Below are positions 39,512-51,400 of a stretch of 64,000 nucleotides of DNA, piece by piece. The first letter of the stretch is position 1, and each line of letters opens with the position of its first letter. Source of the DNA: a virus (Duplodnaviria; Caudoviricetes). The notes beneath the pieces are model-generated. The model saw only the letters and a list, made by a program, of their open reading frames with translations. It was not told the origin of the DNA and ran no database searches. The stretch spans positions 1 to 64,000 of IMG/VR virus record IMGVR_UViG_3300020045_002401; one strand, given 5' to 3'. A program made the position numbers and the translations under genes.

Positions 39512-40095
39512 AATATATTTTAATCTTAATTACCTTTCTTCTTATAAGTTGTGGTAGTACAAAAAATAAACAATCTTCTAGTATTAAAAAAGATACTCTT
39601 TCTATAAGTAATATTAATATTAATACTGATATTGTAGATAAAACTAATATTAAAAATACTACTTCTGTAACTAAAAAAGATACTATTACTACAAATAATA
39701 GTATTATTACTGATGAAACAAATATTAGTGTTAGTCCTACAGACTCTACTAAACCTACTATATTAGAAGATTCTAAAGGTAATAAATATATAGTAACTAA
39801 TGGTACAATAAATATAAATAAAAAAAATAAAAAAGAAACTAGTCAAATTAAAGCTGGGTCTATTACTACTAATAATACTGAGCATACTGATAAATCTACT
39901 AAAACAGATAACTCTTCTGCTATAATTAATACAGAAAATAAAGGTAGTTCTGTAGAAAATAATAAAAATAAATTTAAACGTAATTGGAACTTATTTCCTT
40001 TATTTCTTATTTTAGTAGTTGGTACTATTATATATTTTAAACCATTTTTTAAGAGGATTTGGGGTATTGTTAAGTTATGGTTTTTTAAGTTTTAA
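39508..40095 (+). CDS. Putative unimolecular spanin
   Basis: N-terminal lipoprotein signal (LLISC) plus C-terminal TM helix, Thr/Ser/Asn-rich middle, last gene of the lysis cassette. Confidence 0.7.
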   Translation: MKYILILITFLLISCGSTKNKQSSSIKKDTLSISNININTDIVDKTNIKNTTSVTKKDTITTNNSIITDETNISVSPTDSTKPTILEDSKGNKYIVTNGTININKKNKKETSQIKAGSITTNNTEHTDKSTKTDNSSAIINTENKGSSVENNKNKFKRNWNLFPLFLILVVGTIIYFKPFFKRIWGIVKLWFFKF

Positions 40096-40126
40096 ATATC
40101 TTATTACAGTTGTTAATTCTATTACT

Positions 40127-40152
40127 AATCCCTCTCAATGAGGGATTTTTTA
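40127..40152 (+). terminator. Rho-independent terminator after lysis cassette
   Basis: AATCCCTC-tcaat-GAGGGATT followed by TTTT. Confidence 0.85.
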
Positions 40153-40356
40153 TGTCCAAACTATACTCAAATACCCCGAAAATTCAGCAAAATCAGGGCA
40201 TCCTGTGTCTTAAATTTCGTATCCATCCAAATACCTTATACGCAAAAATATTCGATTTAAAGCCTTAATTTAGCTTAATTTTTATATATTGTAGAGATTA
40301 AGTTTTACTTATATATATATAGGTATAAAAACAATAACTTTTAATATATATACTAG

Positions 40357-41097
40357 ATGCAATCATTAAATGCAATATCGGAAAATATATCCTATCAATT
40401 AGGTGACCAATTTAATTCCACACTTAAAGAAAGTATTAAAGATACACTTATAATATATCGTTCTAAGTTCCTTAGAGATAGTGATATTAGGAATTTTGAT
40501 GATATGACTGCTTTTGCTCAACAGTTAGCTGTTCCACTTATTAAAGTAGATTTATATACAGAATTAGGTGCAGGTGTTGCTAAACAAGCTATTTCTTTTA
40601 TTACTATTGAGATTCCTAAAGAACAAACTTTTATGGTACTTAGAACTAAAGAAAAAGTACCTATGCCATATAGAAATCATTTAATGCATAGAGAACCTTT
40701 TAGATTTATTGGCGCATTTGATGGTAGTACTATGTTTCATTATACTACATTAGCTACATTAAGATATGACGCTATATTACCTAATAGACAAAATATTATA
40801 TTTTATATTTATATAAAAGGATATATATATATTATTAATAATTTACGATGTAAAGATATTACAAATTCATTAGATATAAAAGAACTTTTTATACAAAGTA
40901 TTTTTGATGACCCTAGATTAGCTTATAAAATATGTGATGACCCTTCTACTTTTATAGATGATAGACCTTTTCCTATGTCTAATGATTTACTTACTTTTAT
41001 ATATAGTTTAGTTAAGAAAGGTGAATTTATTCCGGGATATAGTACTAAAGACGGGCAAACTATTAATTTAAAACTAGATAGACAAGATGATAAATAA
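40357..41097 (+). CDS. Tail ring/tubular protein
   Basis: N-terminal helical hairpin and C-terminal DD.PFPM..DL..FI motif typical of crAss-like ring proteins (recollection). Confidence 0.6.
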   Translation: MQSLNAISENISYQLGDQFNSTLKESIKDTLIIYRSKFLRDSDIRNFDDMTAFAQQLAVPLIKVDLYTELGAGVAKQAISFITIEIPKEQTFMVLRTKEKVPMPYRNHLMHREPFRFIGAFDGSTMFHYTTLATLRYDAILPNRQNIIFYIYIKGYIYIINNLRCKDITNSLDIKELFIQSIFDDPRLAYKICDDPSTFIDDRPFPMSNDLLTFIYSLVKKGEFIPGYSTKDGQTINLKLDRQDDK

Positions 41098-41863
41098 TGC
41101 TACTATGTATGGTTTTTATAAAGAAACATTAACATACAAAGCTGATACTATTAATAACTCTTGTGTTATTACTCCTTTAGAAGAAGAATTAATGCTTGAA
41201 TTATTTAACGATATTAAAAGCTTTCATCCTGAATATAAAGATAGAACTTCTATAGTAAATTTTACTACTGATGAGATTAAAAATTTAAGAATTAGTCCTT
41301 CTCAAAGTTTATTTGTAACTAATTATGTTACAGCATATAAAACTATAAGAGATAATAAAATTAAAGCTAAAGAAGTTGCTAAAATAAGACTTACTTTAAC
41401 TCAATTTAGTTTTATATTAGCTACTTTTAATAAATTATTATGGAAAGCTATAATAGACGAAGCTTATATGTTTAAGTATAGTTTAATTGGACGTATTCAT
41501 GCTGTTTGTAGACAAAATGCCTCTTGTAAACCTAAAATGAATTGGCAAGCTTCTCTTAATAATAGAAAAGCTATATTAAATAAAGGCGGTATTCCTAGAG
41601 TAGAACTGGATGCCCGTAGAGCAGAATTTTATAACGAACAGTATGAAGGTGAAAGATGGATAGAAAAACATGAACCTTTTAATGTATCTATTATATGGAA
41701 AAGAACAGCTTATTCTGTAGGTCAAATACCAAATAGTAGAGATTTTGCTATGAAACTTGTTAAATCTAATTCCGGTGATGGAGTAATAGAAGCTCTTAAA
41801 CAAGAAAGAGATAATAATAGATTAGATGATTTAATAATTAAATATAAACGTAACCATGGTTAA
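41087..41863 (+). CDS. IHF/HU-like protein of the crAss-like tail module
   Basis: F..IL..FNKLL.KAII.E.Y.F...IG.I...R...MNW..S...W.R pattern and position between ring genes (recollection). Confidence 0.55.
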   Translation: MINNATMYGFYKETLTYKADTINNSCVITPLEEELMLELFNDIKSFHPEYKDRTSIVNFTTDEIKNLRISPSQSLFVTNYVTAYKTIRDNKIKAKEVAKIRLTLTQFSFILATFNKLLWKAIIDEAYMFKYSLIGRIHAVCRQNASCKPKMNWQASLNNRKAILNKGGIPRVELDARRAEFYNEQYEGERWIEKHEPFNVSIIWKRTAYSVGQIPNSRDFAMKLVKSNSGDGVIEALKQERDNNRLDDLIIKYKRNHG

Positions 41864-42524
41864 TGTTATAGAAATAGAAAATTTAGAAGCTAAATTTATT
41901 CGTGAATTTGGTATTAAAAACTTATCTTATGTAATAGATTTAGAAGTATGGGCTAGAGAGGGAATATATGATATGAGAATACCTAATTTTTATCAAGTTA
42001 AAGATAAAGAACTTACTATTGTTAATGGTAGAGCAAAAATAGGTTGTGCTTCTGATATGTTAATTGGTGCTTATTTCTATACGGATAACACGAACAACTT
42101 CTCTACTACGGGCAGTTATGAACTACTTATTAGAAATGATAATAGTCTAGGTTCTGTAGGATTACCTTGTGCTGGTAATATATACGCAAGTATAGCTAAT
42201 GGTTATATACACGTTAAACAAGAATCTGGATATATTCGTTTATTTTATAAAGATGTACCTACTGATTGTAATGGTAAAACTTTAGTTCCTAGTAATTCTA
42301 AAGTTCAAAGAGCTCTTATGTATTACTTTATATATAGAATGGCTTTATCAGGTCATGTACATCCTGTTATTGATTTTCAAACAGCTTTACAATTATGGGA
42401 AAAAGAATACCCTGCTGCTGGTAATGATGCTTCTTGGTTTACTGAACAAGAATTACAAGCTTTTACAGAAATGTGGACTAATCCATTACTTGGAGATTTA
42501 CATAGAAACAATTATATACATTAA
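41856..42524 (+). CDS. Tail tubular/ring protein
   Basis: 222 aa immediately before the large tail stabilisation gene; D..G..LVP....V..AL.YY pattern. Confidence 0.6.
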   Translation: MVNVIEIENLEAKFIREFGIKNLSYVIDLEVWAREGIYDMRIPNFYQVKDKELTIVNGRAKIGCASDMLIGAYFYTDNTNNFSTTGSYELLIRNDNSLGSVGLPCAGNIYASIANGYIHVKQESGYIRLFYKDVPTDCNGKTLVPSNSKVQRALMYYFIYRMALSGHVHPVIDFQTALQLWEKEYPAAGNDASWFTEQELQAFTEMWTNPLLGDLHRNNYIH

Positions 42525-42529
42525 TAAAT

Positions 42530-45500
42530 ATGGAAAACTTTGAAGGAATGGTACGAAGTACTACCAGAGATAAAAATCCTCCAAATACTTGGGAATTTGC
42601 CCGTAATATTTTATTATCTAAAAGTAAAACTAATATAGTAAATGAAGATGGTTTTGATTATATACATCCTATTCCCGGTGACTTTATTGGTAAAATAGAA
42701 ACAAATGAAGAGATTATTTACTTTAGTGTAGATGGTCTCTTTTCCTGTATAGGATACTATAAAACTAATCTATTAGGTAGTACTTATATACCTGTAATTA
42801 GAAGTATTCATTTAGGTTTTAAACTTAATAGGCCTATAGAGGGTATTTCTTTTTATAACTATAAAAAAGAACTTATTATTTTATTTTGTGATGGTGTTTT
42901 TCTAGATAGTAATACACCTAAATTAATTAATGTTACTAATATAGGTGTAGATTTAGATGTTAATTTAGAATTAGTGGATTCGGCTGATTTAGGTCAACTT
43001 GAATTATATAATCAAATTTTAAATGCTGATATTGATACTACCTATTTAGATAATGGTACTTTAGAAGCTGATGTTGCTTATATTACTTATGCTTATGTAT
43101 TACCTGATGGAGTATCAACTACTGCTTATTTACCTTTAATTGAAGTATCTTATCCTACTACAGGATTTAGACAAGATTTAAAAAGAAATTTACAAATAGA
43201 TTTTACAAGATTAGACCCTACATATAATAAACTTAAAATAGGGTTAGTAATTAAAAGTAATGATGGTATATTTGGATATGAAAGCTCTATTAGAAGTTAT
43301 ACAGGAACAGACTATTCTACTATTGTATCTACCTTATCTGCTTTTACTTCTGTTGCTGCTGATTCTTTGATTATACCTGTAGCTGTTTATAATAGAATTA
43401 GAACAATATCTACTGTTAATTCACAAGTAGTAATAGGTAATTTAGTAGGACAAGAAGAATTTCCTTTTCAAAAATATGCTAATATGCTAGAATTAGGATT
43501 AAGATATGATATAAGAAATGAGAAAGAACATACTAATCCTATATTATGTCCTGATGATGTATATGCTTTTTATATATCATTAGAATTATTAGATGGCTCT
43601 TTCACTAAAGAATTCCATATTCCTGGTGCTGTTGCAAATCCTGTTAATAACGAACTTGTTGACTTAACTGATGCAGATTTAATTGCTTTAGGATTAAATG
43701 ATTTAATAGGTACTGATACTTATAAGAGATTTAGGATATTTAATACAGGAGGTTTTCAAACGTTATCTCCTATAGGTAATCCTGTATCATCTGATATGTC
43801 TAAACTTAATTGGGGCTATTGGGAAAATCAAGAACTTTATCCTAATAGTGATGAATATAATAGTACTATTGATTATACTGGTGCTCTTTTAACTGGACAA
43901 GATTTACGAGGTACTAATATTAAATACCATAGAGTTCCAGGTTTAGATAATCTTGTTAAAGGTTTTCCTTGTATTCTAGGTTATACAGATAGAAATAATC
44001 CTGAAATGATAGGAAGTACTGGTGCTTTTTTTCAAGGTGCTATACCAGCTTTTGCTGTAGAAGTTACTAATTTTGATACTATTATTCCTGCTGAAATAAG
44101 AAATAAAATTCAAGGGTATAAATTATCTATAGTTAAAAAAAGTCAAGGTAGTTCTCTTATTGAAGATATTAATTTTATTAAACAAGCTAGAGTAACTCAT
44201 CAAGATACGGACGCAGGTATACAAGACTTTATGACTACTCCTTATATTAATGACCCTAATAGTCATAATTATAACTTTTCTCAATATGGTTTAAGTTATA
44301 TAAGAAGCGTTAATCTTTCTATAAATAAATCAACTGTTATAGGTAAACTTGTTAAAGCTAATTACGGAGTAAATAGTGCTCTTATTAGAGCTACTAGTGG
44401 TGGAGACGGTAATGAAGAAATAGATACTAAAGATTTTACTTTTATATACGGTAATATAGGAGGAATAAGTGTATTACCTTTTAGTTCTACTGTTCTTCCT
44501 ATGTATTTACGTATTCCTGATACACAAAGATTTGCTGTAATAAAAGATGTATCTTATTTACCCGGAAATAATATACCTGCCGGTACATTATTAGGAGAAG
44601 AAACTATAGTACTTAAAGCTCATAATACTTTAGCTTTACCAGATCCAACTAGTAGTTTACCAACTATACCTACTAGATGGAATCCTTTACTTATGGTTAT
44701 TCCTGATGATTCTCTTGATAGTATTACTTTAACTATAGATGCTTTTACGCCTAATGTAGGTTATGTGCCTTATACATATTCTACAGGAAGTACTTCTGCT
44801 TTAAATGCTATTGATGTATCTAGTACTTTTATTAATCTTCTTAAAGATGTTTATCCTGGTTTTAAACCTAAAGATTTTATAACTATAGGTAAAGTATCAT
44901 TAAGAACTATTCCTAATACTTTATCTGAAAATTTAATAAGAAATTGTGGAGATACCTTTACACATAATTTATATAATACTATTGTATCAAGGGCTGTAGG
45001 TAATGATGCTACTGGTAGAATAATATATAATCAATATGTAGCTAAAGGTATAATAAGTACTACTAATAATTCTGAAGTTTATATGACTAAAGATAGAGAT
45101 TATGGGATTGCTTACGATACCTCTGATGCTTCTACTAAATTTAGTGAAATGTTAACTTTTAATTATAATAAAACTATATTCAATTCTCCTATTTTTAATA
45201 GTTTAAATGATTTATATATAGGTATTCTATTTGATATTGATATTATAACTATTAATTATTTCCCTTATAGAATAGCTTTTTCATTAAAAATACAATCTGA
45301 AAATCTAAGTATTAATAATGTAAGAACTTTTCTTGCTAATTCTTATATTGATATGCTTAATGATAGAGGGGAAGTTGTAGCTTTAAGAGGTAGTAATAAA
45401 GTTCTGTATATACATCAAAAATTTAGTTTATTTACTGCTACTATTAAAGATAAATTAACAACTGTCGAAGGTACAACTTATTTAGGAGAAGGAAGTTTAT

Positions 45501-46591
45501 TTGATAGAACTCCTGATGAAGTATTAGATGCCAGTAATAAAGGATATATAGGTTGTACTAGTCAATTTGCTTCTATAATATATAAAGATGGTTATATTTG
45601 TTATGACCAAATTAAAGGTAAAATTTTTATAGTTAATACTAGAAATGCCATAGAAATATCTAAACAAGGTTTATCTATTTATTTTAGTGAAAATAGTAAT
45701 ACGTTTGATAAATATCATAGTATAGATAGATTTAGTAATATACAACCTTTAGATAATCCTTATCAACAAGTAGGTTATATTATTGGTTTTGATGATAAAT
45801 ATAATAGATTATTAATAACTAAAAAATACTTTAGATTTCTTAAACCATTAAATGTTATTGTAGAACCTTTTACTGTATATGTATTTGATGGGGAATGGTA
45901 TTATAGTCAATATACCAATGCTGCTCCTACTGTTATTACTAGATTAAATTATAGAGATACTGATAATTTTGCAGAAGAATCTAAAACCTTTTCTTATAAT
46001 CTTGATACTAATACTTGGATATGTGAACACGATTACTTTCCAATATGTTATCCTACTACTAATTTAGGTTTGTATGCTATAAGTTCTGAAAGTGACTTAT
46101 ATAAAACTAATAGTCTTATTACAAAAGGTTTATATTTTGGTGTTAAATTTAAAAGTTATGTTGATTTAATATTTAATACTCGTCATGATTTATCTAAAAT
46201 ATATCAAAGTGTAAGTTGGACTACTATAACAAGAGATAGAGCAACTAATGCTATTTTATTCTTTAAAACTATTGATGCTATTAGATTATATAATAACTAT
46301 CAATGTACTGAATTAATAGAATTACTTCCTGATACTTTAAGTCTTGATAGAAATGTTGAAGGTGTATGGAATTTTAATGAGTTTAGGGATATGGTCATTA
46401 ACAGAGACTTGCCCATAGTCGATAAATACGGTTCGATTATAGAAAGTAATATAAATAATAACAGAAGTTGGTTTGAAAAGTCAAATTTTATTCATACATT
46501 TATAGTTGTTCGAATGATTATGAATAATACTGATAACAAAGAAGTGACTATTCAAAATGTGAATATTAAGAGTAGAATAAGTGATAGATAA
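42530..46591 (+). CDS. Tail stabilisation/nozzle (muzzle) protein
   Basis: 1353 aa, beta-rich; N-terminal GM.R......P...W..ARNI; conserved position before the ejection genes. Confidence 0.7.
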   Translation: MENFEGMVRSTTRDKNPPNTWEFARNILLSKSKTNIVNEDGFDYIHPIPGDFIGKIETNEEIIYFSVDGLFSCIGYYKTNLLGSTYIPVIRSIHLGFKLNRPIEGISFYNYKKELIILFCDGVFLDSNTPKLINVTNIGVDLDVNLELVDSADLGQLELYNQILNADIDTTYLDNGTLEADVAYITYAYVLPDGVSTTAYLPLIEVSYPTTGFRQDLKRNLQIDFTRLDPTYNKLKIGLVIKSNDGIFGYESSIRSYTGTDYSTIVSTLSAFTSVAADSLIIPVAVYNRIRTISTVNSQVVIGNLVGQEEFPFQKYANMLELGLRYDIRNEKEHTNPILCPDDVYAFYISLELLDGSFTKEFHIPGAVANPVNNELVDLTDADLIALGLNDLIGTDTYKRFRIFNTGGFQTLSPIGNPVSSDMSKLNWGYWENQELYPNSDEYNSTIDYTGALLTGQDLRGTNIKYHRVPGLDNLVKGFPCILGYTDRNNPEMIGSTGAFFQGAIPAFAVEVTNFDTIIPAEIRNKIQGYKLSIVKKSQGSSLIEDINFIKQARVTHQDTDAGIQDFMTTPYINDPNSHNYNFSQYGLSYIRSVNLSINKSTVIGKLVKANYGVNSALIRATSGGDGNEEIDTKDFTFIYGNIGGISVLPFSSTVLPMYLRIPDTQRFAVIKDVSYLPGNNIPAGTLLGEETIVLKAHNTLALPDPTSSLPTIPTRWNPLLMVIPDDSLDSITLTIDAFTPNVGYVPYTYSTGSTSALNAIDVSSTFINLLKDVYPGFKPKDFITIGKVSLRTIPNTLSENLIRNCGDTFTHNLYNTIVSRAVGNDATGRIIYNQYVAKGIISTTNNSEVYMTKDRDYGIAYDTSDASTKFSEMLTFNYNKTIFNSPIFNSLNDLYIGILFDIDIITINYFPYRIAFSLKIQSENLSINNVRTFLANSYIDMLNDRGEVVALRGSNKVLYIHQKFSLFTATIKDKLTTVEGTTYLGEGSLFDRTPDEVLDASNKGYIGCTSQFASIIYKDGYICYDQIKGKIFIVNTRNAIEISKQGLSIYFSENSNTFDKYHSIDRFSNIQPLDNPYQQVGYIIGFDDKYNRLLITKKYFRFLKPLNVIVEPFTVYVFDGEWYYSQYTNAAPTVITRLNYRDTDNFAEESKTFSYNLDTNTWICEHDYFPICYPTTNLGLYAISSESDLYKTNSLITKGLYFGVKFKSYVDLIFNTRHDLSKIYQSVSWTTITRDRATNAILFFKTIDAIRLYNNYQCTELIELLPDTLSLDRNVEGVWNFNEFRDMVINRDLPIVDKYGSIIESNINNNRSWFEKSNFIHTFIVVRMIMNNTDNKEVTIQNVNIKSRISDR

Positions 46592-46616
46592 GTATTAATT
46601 TAATAATAAAGAAATT

Positions 46617-48422
46617 ATGTTACAACCTAAGCGTAAAATGGTAAAACCAAATATACCAACTTCTATTGTTGAAAATAGAAAAGGTAAAAATAAATATAAA
46701 GCAGAAGATACTGAAGTAGTTAAAGCTGCTAGTGGGGCACAATTATTAGGTGCAGTTGCACCTATGGCTAATCTTATTCCTAGAGTAGGTACTATTGCTG
46801 CTCCTTTATTAAGTGGAGTAGCTTCTATGTGGGGAGCAAGTGATGCTAAAAAAGAACAAGCTAAATTATTGAAAGAACAATCAGAAGGTATGTTTAATCA
46901 AAAGAGTATAGAAGATGCTTATGCTTTAGATAATTATAATACTAAAGGTGTTAATGATATATCTAGATTTAATAAAGGAGGAAAAATAAATAAAACACCT
47001 CAACCTGATATTGCTACTTCAGTTTATAATAGAGCTAGTACATCTGTTACTTATTTACCAACTGTTAAAGTTGATGATATAGTTAAATTACCTTCTTCTC
47101 CTACTAATACTACATATACACGTGTTAATATTAGACCTAGAGAACGGCTAATGTCTTCTCTTCCAAGATTAGAAGTAGGAGGAGTTATAGAAGAAGAAGA
47201 GACACTATCGAATAAACCTTCTACTACGGGCAAGTTCGACACCGTAGGTGGAGATTTACTACCGATATCTGATGATGCTCAAGTAGTATCAGGTAATACT
47301 CATAAAGAAAATAAAATAGATGGTTCTTATGGTGTTACATTATCTGCTGATGGTCAACCTATTGCTAACGTAGAAGATAAAGAAGTTATTGTAGATAATG
47401 ATTTAGTTTTTAGTGATAAACTTAAAAAAGGTAAAGATACTTTTGCTGATATAGCTTTAGGCGTTAATGCTAAAATAGGAGAATTACAAGATAAACTTAA
47501 AGGTGCTAAATCTAATGCTGAAAAATTTTCTTTAGAGAGAACTATACAAGGATTAGAAAAAACTAATCAAAATCTATTTAATGAACAAGAAATAGTTAAG
47601 AGTAATACAGTAGGAGAAGAAGTAGAAACTGTAAAAGTAGAAGATGGTATTGTACCTAAAGGGGCTACAGGTTTAAATCTTGTATCAGAATTAAAATCTA
47701 AATCTTATAATAAATATGCTTATCCAAAAGTTACCGCTTCAACTAATATACAAGGTGCTCCTGTTTATTATAAAGACCCTTTATTAGGTATAGGAGATAA
47801 AAAGCCTAATGTATTGGGACAAATAGCACCTTTATTAGCTGATAATATTACTAATGCTATATTAACTGCTAACGCACCTAAACCGGGTAAAGTTATACCC
47901 CGTAAAACACCAATATTTGATACTACAGTAAATGTTAATCCTCAAATAGCAAAAATAGAAAAAGCAGTAGGAAGTGCTTCTGATGAAATTAGAGGTAATA
48001 CAAGTAATTCAAATGTAACTAGAGCTAATATTGCTGCTACAAAACTTAAAGGAGCAGAATTAGCTAGTGATGTTTATGCTAGACAAGAAGAAGCTGAGAA
48101 AAGCCTAAAAAATAAACAAATAGAAGCTGTAACTAGTACAGCTAATCTTAATGCTGGTTTACAAGAAGATTATAATACTAATGTACGAGAGCATATGTTA
48201 CAACAAAATGCTAGTCAATCTAGAAATGTTGTTGATGTTGTACAAGATTATAAAGATGTTAAAACAGGAGAACTTCAAGATAAACAAAATCAAGATATTG
48301 TTAATCTTTCTTTAATGGATGACCCTACAGGTGAAAAATTAAGACGTTTTAGACGTTTAGGTAAAAATTTATCTACAGAAGATAAAGTGATGCTATTACA
48401 AGAAATAAATAGAAAGAAATAA
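46617..48422 (+). CDS. Putative ejection/cargo protein
   Basis: 601 aa; G.TH.....G.....VE..EV.....VFS..L motif; hydrophobic Gly/Ala-rich N-terminal segment; precedes larger ejection genes. Confidence 0.6.
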   Translation: MLQPKRKMVKPNIPTSIVENRKGKNKYKAEDTEVVKAASGAQLLGAVAPMANLIPRVGTIAAPLLSGVASMWGASDAKKEQAKLLKEQSEGMFNQKSIEDAYALDNYNTKGVNDISRFNKGGKINKTPQPDIATSVYNRASTSVTYLPTVKVDDIVKLPSSPTNTTYTRVNIRPRERLMSSLPRLEVGGVIEEEETLSNKPSTTGKFDTVGGDLLPISDDAQVVSGNTHKENKIDGSYGVTLSADGQPIANVEDKEVIVDNDLVFSDKLKKGKDTFADIALGVNAKIGELQDKLKGAKSNAEKFSLERTIQGLEKTNQNLFNEQEIVKSNTVGEEVETVKVEDGIVPKGATGLNLVSELKSKSYNKYAYPKVTASTNIQGAPVYYKDPLLGIGDKKPNVLGQIAPLLADNITNAILTANAPKPGKVIPRKTPIFDTTVNVNPQIAKIEKAVGSASDEIRGNTSNSNVTRANIAATKLKGAELASDVYARQEEAEKSLKNKQIEAVTSTANLNAGLQEDYNTNVREHMLQQNASQSRNVVDVVQDYKDVKTGELQDKQNQDIVNLSLMDDPTGEKLRRFRRLGKNLSTEDKVMLLQEINRKK

Positions 48423-48448
48423 TCTTAATAATATTAATATTAATTATA

Positions 48449-51400
48449 ATGGCAAAACAAAGATATAGTACAGGAGTTGATTCCTTGTCTTATAATACTT
48501 CAGGACTTCCTTATGTAGCACCCCCTACTAAGGAAATTTTGACGTTTTTAGACAAAGGCGAAGAGCGTTATTTAAAGACTAAACAAAATCTTAATTTAGC
48601 AGATGAATTACAAAAGACTATTAAATATAATCCTGTTAGTAAAGGTATATATGATGAATTAGTTTCAGAAGTAGATTTAGCTACTAGTAGTATTACCCCT
48701 GAAAATTATGCTGATAAAGAATTAGATTCTGCACAAGTTGCTCATGATATTGCTAATAAATTTGGGGGTAGAGAATTACAACAACAACAAGCTGCTTATT
48801 CTGCTGCTCAATCTGAAATAGATAAAGCAGAGAAAATAAGACCTGAAAAAAAAGATTATTATCAAGCTTTATTAGCTAGACAACTTAAACCTATTACTAG
48901 AGATACTTCTGGTGCTTTTAATGTACCTGGTGTAGGGGTTCCTACTATGGTTCAAGATATAGATTTATTTGATAAAGCTGATAAATTATTAACAGGTTGG
49001 AAATCTAGTGGTACTTATGTAAAAGATAGTAACGGTAGATTATCTATAGACCCTGGTGTTCTTGGTCAAATGGGTATTACTAAGACAGAATTTGCTGATG
49101 AAAAAGAACTTTATGATACTGTAATAAATTATTTAGGTAATGACCCTACTAATAGAGAATATCTTCAAAGTGAAGCTGATTTTAGTTTATTTAATAAAGA
49201 AGTTACTCCTGATTATCTTAGAAATACTTTACCTGATAATATATTGAAAAGCTATTTTCCATCTAAAGACCCAAAAGATGTTACAGCTTTAGATATACAA
49301 AATCTTACAGGTGGTGATGAAAATATGTTAAAAGATATGGCTAGCCATGGTATAGTAAGTAATCAAATGAATCAAGTAGGTTCTGCTTTAGCTAATAAAC
49401 ACGGATTTAAAGAAGAAACTAAAACTTTTTTTACAGATCAAGAATACGCTGAAAGCATAAAAGCTAAATATGTTGTTAAAAAAACAGGAAGTAGTGATGG
49501 TACTCCTAATGAAGCAATGGGACAATTAGTTATTCCACAAACTGCTACTACTATGCAAATAGGTAATCCTACTATATATGATAATTATAAAGCACAAGAA
49601 AATGAAGCTATTACTAATTATGCTAATAAAAGAGAAGAAGTTCTAAAATTAGAAGCTGAATATAATACTGCTACACCTGACCAACAATTATTACTTAAAG
49701 AAAATGTAGCTAAAGCTAGAGAAGAAGTTGCTATTGCTGACCAAGAAATTCAACGTGCTAGACAAGCACAAAATAATCTTACTAAAGGTACTATGAAATT
49801 AGCTACAGATAAAGGGGTTAATGTTGATAAAGCTTATACAGAAAACGCTATTCTTATATCTAATGATAATGCTGCTGCTAATAGAAAAGTTGCTCAACAA
49901 TATGGTTATAGTGCTGATGTAACTAATTTGGTTAAACCTAAATCTAGTAATGAAGTATCTATTAATGTAAAAGGAAGAGTACATACTTTACCTATATTAA
50001 CAGCTGACCCAGCTAGTGCTGCTAAACGTATGTTAACTCGTGATTATGTAATAAAAGATGGTAATTCTTATAAACTTTATCATAATGCTGAATCTCCAGA
50101 ATTAATTAATAATTATACTCAAGGACAAAAAGGTTCTACATTTAATAGTTTAAGTAATAATCTTATAGATACTATAGGTTTTAATAAATTACAAGATAAT
50201 CCTTTTAATAAACAAGGAATTAAAGATAATAGTTTATCTTTTAAAAGTAATCTTATAACTAGACCTACTGGTAGTGATTTTAAATCTATGGTTTCTCAGT
50301 TATTTATGAATCCTGATACTAAATTTCCAGGAGTACCTGATAAGACTGTAGCATTAGCTAAAGAAGAAGCTAGTAAAATTAAAAAAGTAGCTAAACCTGG
50401 AGATGTACAAGTAAATCAAACTTTAGATTATCTTTATGTACCTAGTGATGTTAAAAAGGGTACAGCGGCTAAACGTTTATATGACCTTGGAAAAGTTATA
50501 GATAAAACATTAATAAGTGATGGTGCTCAATATAAAGTTCGTAATAATGAAGGACAATGGGAAACTTTACCTTTATACGTTGCTTCTTTAGGTTTAGAAT
50601 TTAGTGATGAACATATTGACTTTTCAAAACTTAGAACAGGTATAATGCTTACTAGTGATAGAAAATATGGACAACAATATAATATACCATTACCTTTAAC
50701 AGCTAAAGGAAGAGCGGCTTTAAAAGAATCAGGGAATGAACCTTTTGCTTTAGCTGGTACATTAAATCTTACAGCTGTAAGCGCAACTGGTAGAGATAAT
50801 CCTTTTAATAAGAATGTAACAGATGCAGTGTATAAAGCTTATGTAGAATCTTATGGTAATACTTTACCTAGTGGAGAAGAAGCTAGACAAGCTTTTGGTC
50901 AAGTTACTTTTGATAATAGTCCTTATGCTAAAGATTTTTATGGTTTAAATTTATATACTTTAGGTCACGGTGCTACTACTCAATATAAATTACCTGATGG
51001 TAACGATATTAATATTACTGCTGTTAAACGTTCTGCTACCCCTGATAAATTAGGAGATAATGACTTTTTTATATCTAATGCACAAGGGGATATTTTTGCT
51101 TATGATGCTCAAATTGGTAAAGATAGAATGGTATCTAAAAAAGAATATGAAGCAGATACAAGCGCTAAATTATATAGACGTAAATTATTTGCTAGTCCGG
51201 AAGATATTGGTGGTTTAATCGGTAAAAGTTTATTAGACCGTAGAGCCTTATATAATAATAATAGTTCTATGCAAACTAATCAAGTTAAAACTACTGGTAG
51301 TTCCTATATAGTTAAACCTGATAGTGTAATATCAAATGAACATAGAACTAGTGTTAATAATACTACTAAACAATATGGAACCTCTGCTTCTCCTAGACAA

